Shown: piece after piece, positions 48,386 to 57,622 of the stretch
Numbering within the stretch: position 1 is the stretch's first letter
Layout: each line of letters starts with the position of its first letter
Source of the DNA: an uncultured delta proteobacterium
GTDB lineage: Bacteria; Myxococcota; B64-G9
Direction of reading: 5' to 3'
Length of the DNA stretch: 64,000 nucleotides
Assembly (NCBI GenBank): GCA_963754925.1
Contig: CAVWHX010000003.1
Location: forward strand, 480,001 to 544,000
Translations under genes and position numbers: made by a program
Notes under the pieces: model-generated
Databases searched by the model: none
What the model was told of the DNA's origin: nothing
What the model saw: the letters and a program-made list of their open reading frames with translations, nothing else

Positions 48386-49864
48386 TCAGCGTCTATCAAA
48401 ATATTCCCGCAACCGAAACTTAGCGCCTAGCGATTCAGCACGTTGTTTTGCCGCGGCAACATCCATCCCCGGCACCTGCACCACTGTTGCGGTAACTTCA
48501 GGCAGGAGGGCGGCCGAGCTTCGGATAAATTCGCAGACCGCCTCGAAGGCTTGCTCGCCGTACGATGACGGGCACAGCCGGGCGTAGGTGACCGCATCCG
48601 CGGCATTGAGACTGACGCTCATGGAGTCGACCAACCCCACCAACTCGGCCACGACGTCCCGACCGTGAACCAAGTTGGCAAGCCCGTCGGTATTGAGCCG
48701 CACCCGCAGACCGCGCTGTTTCAACCAACGCGCCACTTCCGTTACCAGGTCGACCCGCAGGAGCGGTTCACCAATGCCGCAAAAAACAACTTCGTCGGCC
48801 GGTTGGCATTGCAATGCTTTTTCGGTAGCCGCCATGACCTCTTGGGCGCTCGGCTCGCAACGCAGCGCCAGTGAGGCGCCCCCGAGTTCGTACCCCTGCC
48901 GCCTCAGACAAAAAGTGCATGAGAGGGTGCAGCGGTTGGTGATATTGAGGTAGAGCGCATCGCCGATACGGTAGGAGATCTGGCCCTGTTCGGATTGGAC
49001 CCGCCGATCGATGCCAAAGAGACGACGGGCGTTTTCGGTGGTGATGCTCGCGACTTCCGCAACGCTCAATCCCTTGATATCGGCCAACGCGCGGGCCACC
49101 TCGACAACATACGCCGGTTCATTGCGCTGCCCGCGATGCGGCACCGGCGCCAGGTAGGGGCTGTCGGTCTCAATCAACAAGCGTTCGAGCGGCAGGTGCG
49201 AAACCGCCTCGCGCAGGGCCGATGCGCCGCGAAACGTGATGATACCCGTGAGTCCCCAATAAAAACCGAGTTCATGCGCCACGTCGGCAAGAATCGGGTC
49301 GCCGCTGAAGCAATGGATCACGCCGCCGACCCGCTCGGCGTGCTCCTCGCGCAGGATGGCCGCTGTCTCCGCTTCCGCGTTCCGGGAGTGAATCACCAGA
49401 GGTAAGCGCTGGCCGAGCGCCAGTCGAATGAACGCTCGGAACAGCTCGCGCTGCATTTCGCGGGGGGAATGATCGTAGTGAAAATCGAGTCCGGTCTCCC
49501 CGATCGCCACCACCTTAGGATGCAGGGTGAGGTTGAAAAGCTGCCTGAAGAGATGGGTGCGGCGTTGGTCCCAGGCGAAGCGCACCGGGCCCTCTACATT
49601 CGCGCGCGGATTGCCAACGCATGGTATTCCCAAACGTGCGTCATGGGGATGCACGCCGATGGTGGCCCAGAGCCGTTGATCGCCCGCCGCAATCTGAATG
49701 GTCCGGCCTATCTCCTCCGCGGTGGTGCCCAGGCCGATGCAGACGATCTCGAGAACCCCCGCGTCGCGCGCCCGTTGCAAAACCATCCCCCGATCGGCAT
49801 CGAACGCCGGAAAATCAAGATGGGCGTGGCTATCGAGTAGTTCGGGAAGCATACCAGCTGTCAC
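48386..49864 (-). CDS. tatD: TatD hydrolase fused to a TatD-associated radical SAM domain
   Basis: DSHAHLD, GVHPH, AIGETGLD and ETDSPYLAP; then LYLNITNRCTLSCTFC and EVVFCGIGEP. Confidence 0.93.
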   Translation of the reverse strand: MTAGMLPELLDSHAHLDFPAFDADRGMVLQRARDAGVLEIVCIGLGTTAEEIGRTIQIAAGDQRLWATIGVHPHDARLGIPCVGNPRANVEGPVRFAWDQRRTHLFRQLFNLTLHPKVVAIGETGLDFHYDHSPREMQRELFRAFIRLALGQRLPLVIHSRNAEAETAAILREEHAERVGGVIHCFSGDPILADVAHELGFYWGLTGIITFRGASALREAVSHLPLERLLIETDSPYLAPVPHRGQRNEPAYVVEVARALADIKGLSVAEVASITTENARRLFGIDRRVQSEQGQISYRIGDALYLNITNRCTLSCTFCLRRQGYELGGASLALRCEPSAQEVMAATEKALQCQPADEVVFCGIGEPLLRVDLVTEVARWLKQRGLRVRLNTDGLANLVHGRDVVAELVGLVDSMSVSLNAADAVTYARLCPSSYGEQAFEAVCEFIRSSAALLPEVTATVVQVPGMDVAAAKQRAESLGAKFRLREYFDRR

Positions 49865-50521
49865 TCATTCAGGCGGCGGATGATGTCGGCCGACGTCCGC
49901 GCGGCCTCGGCCAGTTGCTCATCCTGCGTGTCGGCCGCCACACGGTCAAGCAGCGCCAGGCTTCGCGGATCATTGAGCTGTTCGAGGCCGCGCACCGCGT
50001 CGAGGCGCTGAGCGTCATGCGGATCGGTCAAAATGGCTTCGAGAAGAGAGCGGGCATCTGGCTGCCTGAGCCTTCCCCACAGCTCGATGGCCATCCCGCG
50101 CTCATCGGGCCGGCACGACGAGAGACGCTCGCGGATGAAATTCAAGGCCGATGCTTCGTCGCTACGGACGAGGGCGGACCGCCGCCTGCAAGCGTTCGAT
50201 CGGGTGCAGGAAGCGCCGACTGAAAAAGCGTTTCAGCTCGGGCACGGCCTGGGGCGCAGCCAGCAGATACAGAGCCTCAAGCGCCATGAAGCAGAGCTCA
50301 CGAATAGCCAGCGCCCCGATCAACACCGGCAGGCCGCGGTCGTCGTCCCACTCAGCCAGCGCGCAGGCGACCTTAAAACGCACCACCCCGTCGGGATCGT
50401 TCAGCAAGGGGTACAGCGCTTCGATGTTGCGCGTGCCATCCGCTACCATGGCGTCCACCGCAGCCCCGCGCTCCAACGAATCGCGGCTATTAAGCCGGTC
50501 AATCAGTTGTTGGGTATCCAC
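49861..50521 (-). CDS. HEAT-repeat protein; +1 frame break at ~50178
   Basis: LLNDPDGVVRFKVACALA and RLDAVRGLEQL repeats; two ORFs join across one extra base; fills the metG-tatD gap with a GTGA overlap. Confidence 0.78.
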
Positions 50522-50537
50522 TGGTTGCCCACTTGGG

Positions 50538-52472
50538 TTAGTGCACCGGCTCGCCCGGCGGAAGATCGGCGGTAAATTCCGCCAGACAAACATTCGCTCC
50601 GCTGGGCCCCGCAGCCAACAACATGCCGCGCGACTCAATGCCCATGAGTTTGACCGGTTTGAGGTTCGCCACCACCAGGATCCGCTTACCGATAAGCTGT
50701 TCGGGAGCATACGCCTTGCCAATGCCGGCGACGAGCTGACGCGGCTCCGGCTCGCCCAGGTCCACCAGGAGCTTGAGCAGCTTATCGCTCTTTTTCACCC
50801 GCTCGGCGGATGTGATCAATCCCACGCGAAGATCGATTTTTTTCAGCTCGGCGATCTCGACCGTCGGGAGGGAGGGCGTGGTCGGGGCAGCGCCATCCGC
50901 CGGTGCGCGCACCCGCGCGACCAGCGCTTCGACCTGCTCCGGTTCAATTCGGGGAAAGAGCGGCGCGCCCCGGTTCACGCGCACACCCGCGGGCAACAAA
51001 CCAAAGGTCTGGAGCTTGTCCCAGCCCAGATCGTTTTCCTCGGCCGGAAGGCCGATGCTGTGAAGCAGCGCACGGGCGCTCCCCGGCATAAACGGGTTAA
51101 TCAATACCCCGATGCAGCGCAGGGCCTCCAGGATATGATACATGACGGTATCGAGTTCCTCGCGCCGGCCATTCTTATGCAGCGTCCACGGCCCGGATTC
51201 ATCGATGTAGCGGTTGGCCCCTCGCACGAGCTGCCAAATCGCCACCAGGGCCTTGTGAAAAGCATACGCCTCAAGGTGGCCGCCCGCTTCTGTTGCCACA
51301 TCCAACGTCATCCGTTGGAGCGCCTGTTCGCGCGGTCCGACCGCTGTCGCAGCCGGGGCGGCGCCGTTGCAGTATTTCTCGACCATGCTCACCGATCGCA
51401 TCAGCAGGTTGCCTAGGTCGTTTGCCAGTTCGGCGTTAATCCGATTAACCAGCGCGCTGAACGAAAAGTCCCCATCCAGCCCAAAGGGTACCTCGCGCAA
51501 CAGAAAGTACCGTATGGCATCGAGACCGAACACGTCGATAAGCGCACCGGGATCGATAACGTTGCGCAGGCTCTTGGACATCTTCTCGCCCTCGACCGTC
51601 CACCAGCCGTGGGCAAAGACGGTCTTGGGGAGGGGCACGCCGGCGCTCATTAGCATGGTGGGCCAATACACAGCATGGAAGCGCAGGATGTCCTTGCCGA
51701 TAAAATGCGCGTTTGCCGGCCAAAAACGGCGGAACCGTTCGCCGCCGCCATTGCCGTCCCACCCAAGGGCCGAGATGTAGTTGGCCAGCGCGTCGATCCA
51801 AACATAAATAATGTGCTCCGGATCCCCCGGCACCGGTATGCCCCAGTGGAACGAGGTGCGCGAGATCGAGAGATCGCGTAATCCCTGCTGAATAAAGGAG
51901 ACGATCTCATTCTTACGAAAGTCCGGTTGAATGAACTCCGGATGCTGCTCGATATGCGCGAGCAATGCCTGACCATACTTCGCCATGCGGAAGAAATAAC
52001 TTTTTTCGCGCATGCGCGTAAGCTTTGTTTTATGAACCGGACAGGTCTCGTCGGCAATTTGGGTCTCGGTGAAGTACTCCTCGCAGCTGGTACAGTACCA
52101 ACCCTCGTATTCGCCGAGATAAATATCGCCGCGGTCGCGCATTCGTTCGAAAAGTTTTTGCACCACCTGCTGGTGCCGCGGTTCGGTGGTGCGGATGAAA
52201 TCAGTGTAGGTTATCCCCATCTGCTGCCACAAACTGCGAAAGCGTTCCACCACGCGATCGGCCAACTGCAACGGCTTGAGTCCTTGGGCGATCGCGGCCT
52301 GCTCAATCTTTTGTCCGTGTTCGTCGGTGCCGGTCTCGAAGTGCACCTCCCGACCCCGCGCCCGCTGGTAGCGGGCCGCCACATCGGCGGCGAGGCTGGT
52401 GTACGCGTGGCCCAGGTGGGGCACATCGTTGACGTAGTAGATTGGTGTCGTGATGTAAAAGCTCTCTGACAT
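50538..52472 (-). CDS. metG: Methionine--tRNA ligase with C-terminal tRNA-binding domain
   Basis: PIYYVN..PHLGHAY, GTDEHGQK, KMSKS and VANLKPVKLMGIESRGM motifs. Confidence 0.98.
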   Translation of the reverse strand: MSESFYITTPIYYVNDVPHLGHAYTSLAADVAARYQRARGREVHFETGTDEHGQKIEQAAIAQGLKPLQLADRVVERFRSLWQQMGITYTDFIRTTEPRHQQVVQKLFERMRDRGDIYLGEYEGWYCTSCEEYFTETQIADETCPVHKTKLTRMREKSYFFRMAKYGQALLAHIEQHPEFIQPDFRKNEIVSFIQQGLRDLSISRTSFHWGIPVPGDPEHIIYVWIDALANYISALGWDGNGGGERFRRFWPANAHFIGKDILRFHAVYWPTMLMSAGVPLPKTVFAHGWWTVEGEKMSKSLRNVIDPGALIDVFGLDAIRYFLLREVPFGLDGDFSFSALVNRINAELANDLGNLLMRSVSMVEKYCNGAAPAATAVGPREQALQRMTLDVATEAGGHLEAYAFHKALVAIWQLVRGANRYIDESGPWTLHKNGRREELDTVMYHILEALRCIGVLINPFMPGSARALLHSIGLPAEENDLGWDKLQTFGLLPAGVRVNRGAPLFPRIEPEQVEALVARVRAPADGAAPTTPSLPTVEIAELKKIDLRVGLITSAERVKKSDKLLKLLVDLGEPEPRQLVAGIGKAYAPEQLIGKRILVVANLKPVKLMGIESRGMLLAAGPSGANVCLAEFTADLPPGEPVH

Positions 52473-52494
52473 GGTTTGCGCGTTCCTCTTTCGA

Positions 52495-53982
52495 CTACGA
52501 TTTCCGGCCGCGGGTCGGAAACGAAGTGAACGGCCCGGGTACCGGCTGCCCCTCGCCCGGTCGCGGGGAGGAACCCGGCTGTTGCGAACGGTTCGGATCG
52601 CTACCGGCGTTCAGCGAAGCCTCGTCACCCCCACCAGACCTTCTGCGGCGGCGGTTGCGGCGGCGTCTCCGTCGAAAGGGCGCCTCGGCTCCGCTTCCCG
52701 CTACCGGCTCATCGCCGTTCTCTTCATCGGGTGCATCCTCTTTTTCCCCGGACGACCGATCGGTCGTTGCCGCACCGGGAGCCGCGTGCCCCACCTGCGC
52801 GTTCGCGCAGGGTGCTCCGGGACACGTCAGATGCTTTTCGCATTCTTTCGATCCCCGATCCTGGTCCGTCGCCTGCTCAACCTGGTGCGGCTGGGAGTTC
52901 AATGACTGCCTCAGCTCCTCGATAGAAAATGACACCACCTGTTCCTCGACCTCGACCCGGACATGTCCCCGCAGCACATCAACGTCCAGCACCCTCCCCA
53001 AACCTTTGGGGGTCATAATGGTCTTTCCGGTCCGCGGGCAATCTTTACGCAAATCGCGATAGACGTCGTCTTCGTACACCAGGCAACACATCAACCGACT
53101 GCACAGACCGGACACCTTTTGCGGATTGAGCGCCAATCCTTGGTTCTTAGCCATCTTGATTGAAACCGGCACGAACTTGCGCAAATACCGCGCGCAGCAC
53201 AGCGGTTGCCCGCAGACGCCGACGCCGCCCAGCATCTTGGCCTCGTCGCGGACGCCGATCTGGCGCATTTCAATGCGAACGTGCAACTGCTTGGCGAGAT
53301 CCCGCACCAACTGGCGGAAGTCCACCCGCCCTTCGGCCGAGAAAAAGAAAATGGCCTTGTTGCCACCGTGCAGGTAGGACACGCGCATCAATTTCATCTG
53401 AAGTTTTTGCTCCTCAACCAACCTCTGGCAGAGCGCAAATGCTTCTTCCTCGCGTTTGGCGTTGCGACGAATCAGCATCATATCTTCGGCAGCAACCTTG
53501 CGCAGCACCCGACGGAGCGGTTGATCTCGCTTGTTCTCGCCGAGGTAGACCACTTTTCCCAGATTCAAATCGTGCTCGTTCTCGACCACCACCGTATCGC
53601 CGACCATAAGCCGTAGATCGTTGGCGGAAAACTCGCCCACCGAGCCTTCGGCGAACACCACCCCGACCATGAGCGGATTATTTTGCTGAGCCTCATATTC
53701 AGCCGCCCGCACGTCTCCAAAGAGACGCTGCCAACCGGCGCTGGGGCTTTCCTCGGCAACAGATTGCGGATCGTCGTCCTCGAGATCGCTCTCTTGACGG
53801 GATTCTTCGTCGGCTTCATCACGGGCTTCATCGGCCCGGGCGGCGGCCGCTTCGGCCTCAGCAATGCGGGCACGTTCCTCGTCCTGAAAACGGTCGTCGT
53901 CGTCGAGCGTTGGGAGCGCCGTCTCCGATGGTGCTCCCGGCACGCCGGCAGCGGCCGGTTCTCGTTTGTGGTTCTCGTTCAC
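52495..53982 (-). CDS. ricT: PSP1/RicT (YaaT) family protein with long disordered termini
   Basis: GRVDFRQLVRDLA...RIEMRQIGVRDEAK, CGQPLCC and SGLCSRLMCCL; start placed at the GTG overlapping the holB stop. Confidence 0.88.
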   Translation of the reverse strand: MNENHKREPAAAGVPGAPSETALPTLDDDDRFQDEERARIAEAEAAAARADEARDEADEESRQESDLEDDDPQSVAEESPSAGWQRLFGDVRAAEYEAQQNNPLMVGVVFAEGSVGEFSANDLRLMVGDTVVVENEHDLNLGKVVYLGENKRDQPLRRVLRKVAAEDMMLIRRNAKREEEAFALCQRLVEEQKLQMKLMRVSYLHGGNKAIFFFSAEGRVDFRQLVRDLAKQLHVRIEMRQIGVRDEAKMLGGVGVCGQPLCCARYLRKFVPVSIKMAKNQGLALNPQKVSGLCSRLMCCLVYEDDVYRDLRKDCPRTGKTIMTPKGLGRVLDVDVLRGHVRVEVEEQVVSFSIEELRQSLNSQPHQVEQATDQDRGSKECEKHLTCPGAPCANAQVGHAAPGAATTDRSSGEKEDAPDEENGDEPVAGSGAEAPFRRRRRRNRRRRRSGGGDEASLNAGSDPNRSQQPGSSPRPGEGQPVPGPFTSFPTRGRKS

Positions 53983-55070
53983 GTTCGTCTCAATGCCAGC
54001 CACAGGGCTTCCGAGGCGAGACGCGGGTTCGCGTTGACCGCCAAGCTTTGGCGGGTGCGCGCGATGCTCGCCATCCAGCGCAGTAATACGGGTACGGCCA
54101 GACCGCCCGCCGTCTGTTCTAAAGCCGACAGGCGATCCTGATTGATAACATACTGCGTATTGACCTGAAGCTTGGTTAGGATCAGATCCCGGCACCACAG
54201 CTCGAGGAGATTGAGGCTCTCCCGCAAGCGCCGTTGGGGGTCGCCGCCCTCGCCAAACTCTTCCGCGGCCGCCAGCACCTCCGCCAAATCCCCTGCGCGT
54301 ATCTGGTCAACGTGCGCGAGGAGCTGGTCGCGCACGGCCAGGCCATCGTCATCATCCTGACCGAGATACGCTAACGCGCGGCCCAGGCTGCCCTGCGACA
54401 TGGCCGCCACGACCTGCGCCCTGCTTCGATCAAGCTTCCGGCTCTCGACCAACCAGCGTTCGATGACTGTCCGCGGAAGCGGTCCGAAGGTTAAGCGCTG
54501 GCAGCGCGAGCGCACGGTCGGCAGGAGCGCAGCCGGTTGCGCGGTTATGAGGATGATCACGGTATCGGCGTTCGGTTCTTCGAGTGATTTCAAAAAGCGA
54601 TTCTGCGCGTTTTGGTTCATGCGCTCAGCGTCAACCACCAGCACCACTTTAAAAGCGCCCCGGTAGGGCCGGTGGGTAAAGAGGCCCGTCAACTCATTGA
54701 GATCCTCGTTGCGGATCTGCGCCGAGGGGGCACGGCCGGTGCGCCGCTCGTTCTCACCCAAGCCGCGCCGAATGCGCTCTTCTTCGGAAAGCTGCGCAAT
54801 CCGCCGCGCGTGCTCCTCCTCGCAGGCCACGAGCCGCACATCGGGATGGTTGTTGCGGCCGATCATGCGGCAGGAATCGCATCTGCCGCACGGCGCGTCG
54901 AGGGCATCCTGGCAATTGAGCGCCATGGCAAAGGCCCAGGCCACCTGCTCTTTGCCGACGCCCTCGGGACCCTCGAAGAGATAGGCGTGCGCCACCCGCC
55001 CGTTTGCGCGGGCGCGCTCGAGCAATGCGATAGGCCGCTCATGGCCAAGTATGGAAGTGTAGACAGACAC
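53979..55070 (-). CDS. holB: DNA polymerase III subunit delta'
   Basis: HAYLFEGPEGVGK, CGRCDSC...HPD, AQNRFLKSLEEP and LLPTVRSRC motifs. Confidence 0.95.
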   Translation of the reverse strand: MSVYTSILGHERPIALLERARANGRVAHAYLFEGPEGVGKEQVAWAFAMALNCQDALDAPCGRCDSCRMIGRNNHPDVRLVACEEEHARRIAQLSEEERIRRGLGENERRTGRAPSAQIRNEDLNELTGLFTHRPYRGAFKVVLVVDAERMNQNAQNRFLKSLEEPNADTVIILITAQPAALLPTVRSRCQRLTFGPLPRTVIERWLVESRKLDRSRAQVVAAMSQGSLGRALAYLGQDDDDGLAVRDQLLAHVDQIRAGDLAEVLAAAEEFGEGGDPQRRLRESLNLLELWCRDLILTKLQVNTQYVINQDRLSALEQTAGGLAVPVLLRWMASIARTRQSLAVNANPRLASEALWLALRRT

Positions 55071-55420
55071 GATGGTCCTCGTCCTTCCTCAAATTAATAG
55101 ACTTTACTTCGTAAGGGCCTGAGAGTCAAACAGGATCGGCAACATCCTCTCTCGGAGTTGCAACGGTGGGAATCGATTTTCGTGCGATACGTTGCGGATG
55201 GAACAGGTATCAGCCAACTAGAACTAGTACGCGAGGGCGGCTTCTAACTGCACCGGAGCGCCTAACTTCGATTGGAGAACGGGGCTGATCACCAAGCTAT
55301 TAAGGGAATGATTTGACCATCGATATTCCAATGGGTTACAAGGATAAAGGCTGGCAAGAGATGTATCAAAATCGCACTATGTTGCGAGTTTGATGCAACA
55401 CAAATCAACGGAGAAACCCC

Positions 55421-56503
55421 ATGGATGTTTACGAACAACTCAGAGAAGTATTGGATGCGCATCCCACAACCGCACCCAAGTCGAAGGTGATTATCGAAAT
55501 CTTAAAAACTCTTTTCACCCCCGAGGAGGCAGCTGTTGCGGTCAGCATGAGCTTCAAACCCGGGAGCATAGAAAAAATCGCGGCCGCGTCTTCCCTATCC
55601 CCGCGAGAAACAGAAGCCAAATTGGAATCGATGGCCAACAAGGGAATTATTTTTTCAAAGAAAAAAGATGGCGGCAACCGCTACGGACTCGTCCCCCTGG
55701 TGCCGGGCGTTTTCGAATTCCCCTTCATGAAGGGGGCGGATTCCCCGGTGATGAAACGCCTGGGCCGGCTCTGGGAAGACTACCATCGTGAGTCGTTCGG
55801 CGCTTCCTTCTCGGGGAATCCGACTCCGCTCATGCGTGTGGTGGCGGTGGGTAAAGCACTTAAACCTGAAGACCGCGTCCACCCGTATGAAGAGGTCAGA
55901 AGCTTCATCAGTAACGCGAGTTACATAGCGCTGGCCAACTGCGCCTGTCGGGTGAGCGTCGGAAAATGCGATCGGCCGAAGGATGTGTGCCTGATATTCG
56001 ACGGCGCCGGTGAATTTCTCAGCGAGCGCGGATTTGCGCGGCGCGTAACCAAGGAAGAAGGCCTGCAGGTTCTCGATCGCGCGGAACAGGCCGGCTTGGT
56101 TCACACCAGTAACAACAGCGCCGAACGGCCCCACCTGATATGCAATTGCTGTCCTTGTTGCTGCACGGTGCTGCGCGGCAAAACACAACTCAACCACCCG
56201 CACGCGTTCGAGCCAAGCCGCTTCGAGGCTCAGGTAATCGCCGATTCCTGCACCGGTTGCGGCATCTGCGTCGACGAGCGCTGCCCCGTGAAAGCCATTG
56301 AGATTAAGGATGAAGTTGCCGTCGTCAATACCGCCGAATGCATCGGCTGCGGCTTGTGTGTCAGCGGTTGCGAGCCTGAGGCCTTGAAACTTGTTCAACG
56401 GGCGTTGGTTCCGGCCGTTCCGGCCACCATCACGGAGATGGGCATCAAAGTCGCTCTGGAAAAGGGCAGGCTCGATGCCTTCGCCAAGATCATGCAGCGG
56501 TAA
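55421..56503 (+). CDS. 4Fe-4S binding protein (paralog of 21600-22685)
   Basis: CACR, ICNCCPCCC, CTGCGIC and CIGCGLCVSGC motifs. Confidence 0.88.
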   Translation: MDVYEQLREVLDAHPTTAPKSKVIIEILKTLFTPEEAAVAVSMSFKPGSIEKIAAASSLSPRETEAKLESMANKGIIFSKKKDGGNRYGLVPLVPGVFEFPFMKGADSPVMKRLGRLWEDYHRESFGASFSGNPTPLMRVVAVGKALKPEDRVHPYEEVRSFISNASYIALANCACRVSVGKCDRPKDVCLIFDGAGEFLSERGFARRVTKEEGLQVLDRAEQAGLVHTSNNSAERPHLICNCCPCCCTVLRGKTQLNHPHAFEPSRFEAQVIADSCTGCGICVDERCPVKAIEIKDEVAVVNTAECIGCGLCVSGCEPEALKLVQRALVPAVPATITEMGIKVALEKGRLDAFAKIMQR

Positions 56504-56573
56504 TATTGCGTAAGCGACCGCCCTCTAAGGTATAGAGATTTGTGGCGGCGCTGCAAGAATCAAGAGCAACGCA

Positions 56574-56921
56574 ATGCACGAATTATCAATAATGAGCAGC
56601 ATACTCGACATCGTGCTTGAGTTTGCGAATTCAAATAGCGCGAAAAGGGTGGCCCAAATAAATCTCGAGGTCGGGGAGCTTTCGGATCTCATCCCCCAGT
56701 GGATGCAAAGCTATTTCGAATTTGTCAGCAAAGATACCATCGCGGAAAAGGCAATGCTTTCGATCGATCACGTCCCGGCTACGCTTCGCTGCCGTTCCTG
56801 CAACAAAGAATTCACCGTCACGAAAGAGGACTGGCGGGTGAGCTGCCCGCATTGCAATTCTCCGGATATCGAAATTATGAGCGGTCGGGAGTTCAAGGTA
56901 GTGAGTATAGAAATAGAGTAA
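56574..56921 (+). CDS. hypA: Hydrogenase maturation nickel metallochaperone
   Basis: MHELSI N-terminus, CRSC...CPHC, C-terminal SGREF..SIEIE. Confidence 0.95.
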   Translation: MHELSIMSSILDIVLEFANSNSAKRVAQINLEVGELSDLIPQWMQSYFEFVSKDTIAEKAMLSIDHVPATLRCRSCNKEFTVTKEDWRVSCPHCNSPDIEIMSGREFKVVSIEIE

Positions 56922-56992
56922 CCCAATACTACCTGACCGCAAGAAAATTCACCAGCGCTCGCCAACTATTAATCGATGAGAGGCATCGTTCT

Positions 56993-57583
56993 CTAGGCAG
57001 AAAATACAAACTCGTGGTAGGGACCGCCTAAGCACATGCATTGCGTCTCTCGATAGTCTGTTACCTTATACCCTATGGCCGGAAGAGTGGTGCTGATCCA
57101 GCCCTCCGTCACTCGGCAATGGTTGATGTTCATGTGCGGAAAATTATTGATCCGAACCACCGTTTTGTTAGGCGAATAACTGACGACCACCATCTCACCG
57201 GCATTTCGGTAATATGATGACCAAAGAAATCCACAACTGCGGACAAACCTTTCGGGATTCTTTTGCGCCTTGTAAACTGCAAACGTCGATGCCAAGTCCT
57301 TCTCGCCCGCAAGAGTTCCGAGGATCCGACAATAATTGGGATCGCCGTTGCTTAACCGCGCTTGTATGGTTTCGAGAAATTGAGCGAACGCCTCATACGG
57401 ATACCATCTTAACAGTTCTATTTTCTCAGAAAACAACTTTTGGGTTAACTCACCCGAGAGAGCGATGATTTGGTTGAGCCTCTTTGTTCCATATTGCACC
57501 TTAATATACGCAATCACCCCCAAAAACGCCTTCCCGGATGCCTCAGCGCCCAATGGATTTCCCTCCCCTAAAAAAGGTAACAA
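56993..57583 (-). CDS. Hypothetical protein, DUF2378/V4R-like
   Basis: WYPYEAF, LWSSYY..G and C...EGW...CMCLGGPYHEF pattern; start uncertain. Confidence 0.6.
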   Translation of the reverse strand: MLPFLGEGNPLGAEASGKAFLGVIAYIKVQYGTKRLNQIIALSGELTQKLFSEKIELLRWYPYEAFAQFLETIQARLSNGDPNYCRILGTLAGEKDLASTFAVYKAQKNPERFVRSCGFLWSSYYRNAGEMVVVSYSPNKTVVRINNFPHMNINHCRVTEGWISTTLPAIGYKVTDYRETQCMCLGGPYHEFVFSA

Positions 57584-57622
57584 CCCCCGGATTCACGATT
57601 CTTATTATATCACTAAATCTAT

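Noticed and set aside
53983..54198. Longer ricT start given in the ORF track
   Set aside because: Would overlap holB by ~220 bp; the GTGA-coupled start at 53982 is more plausible.
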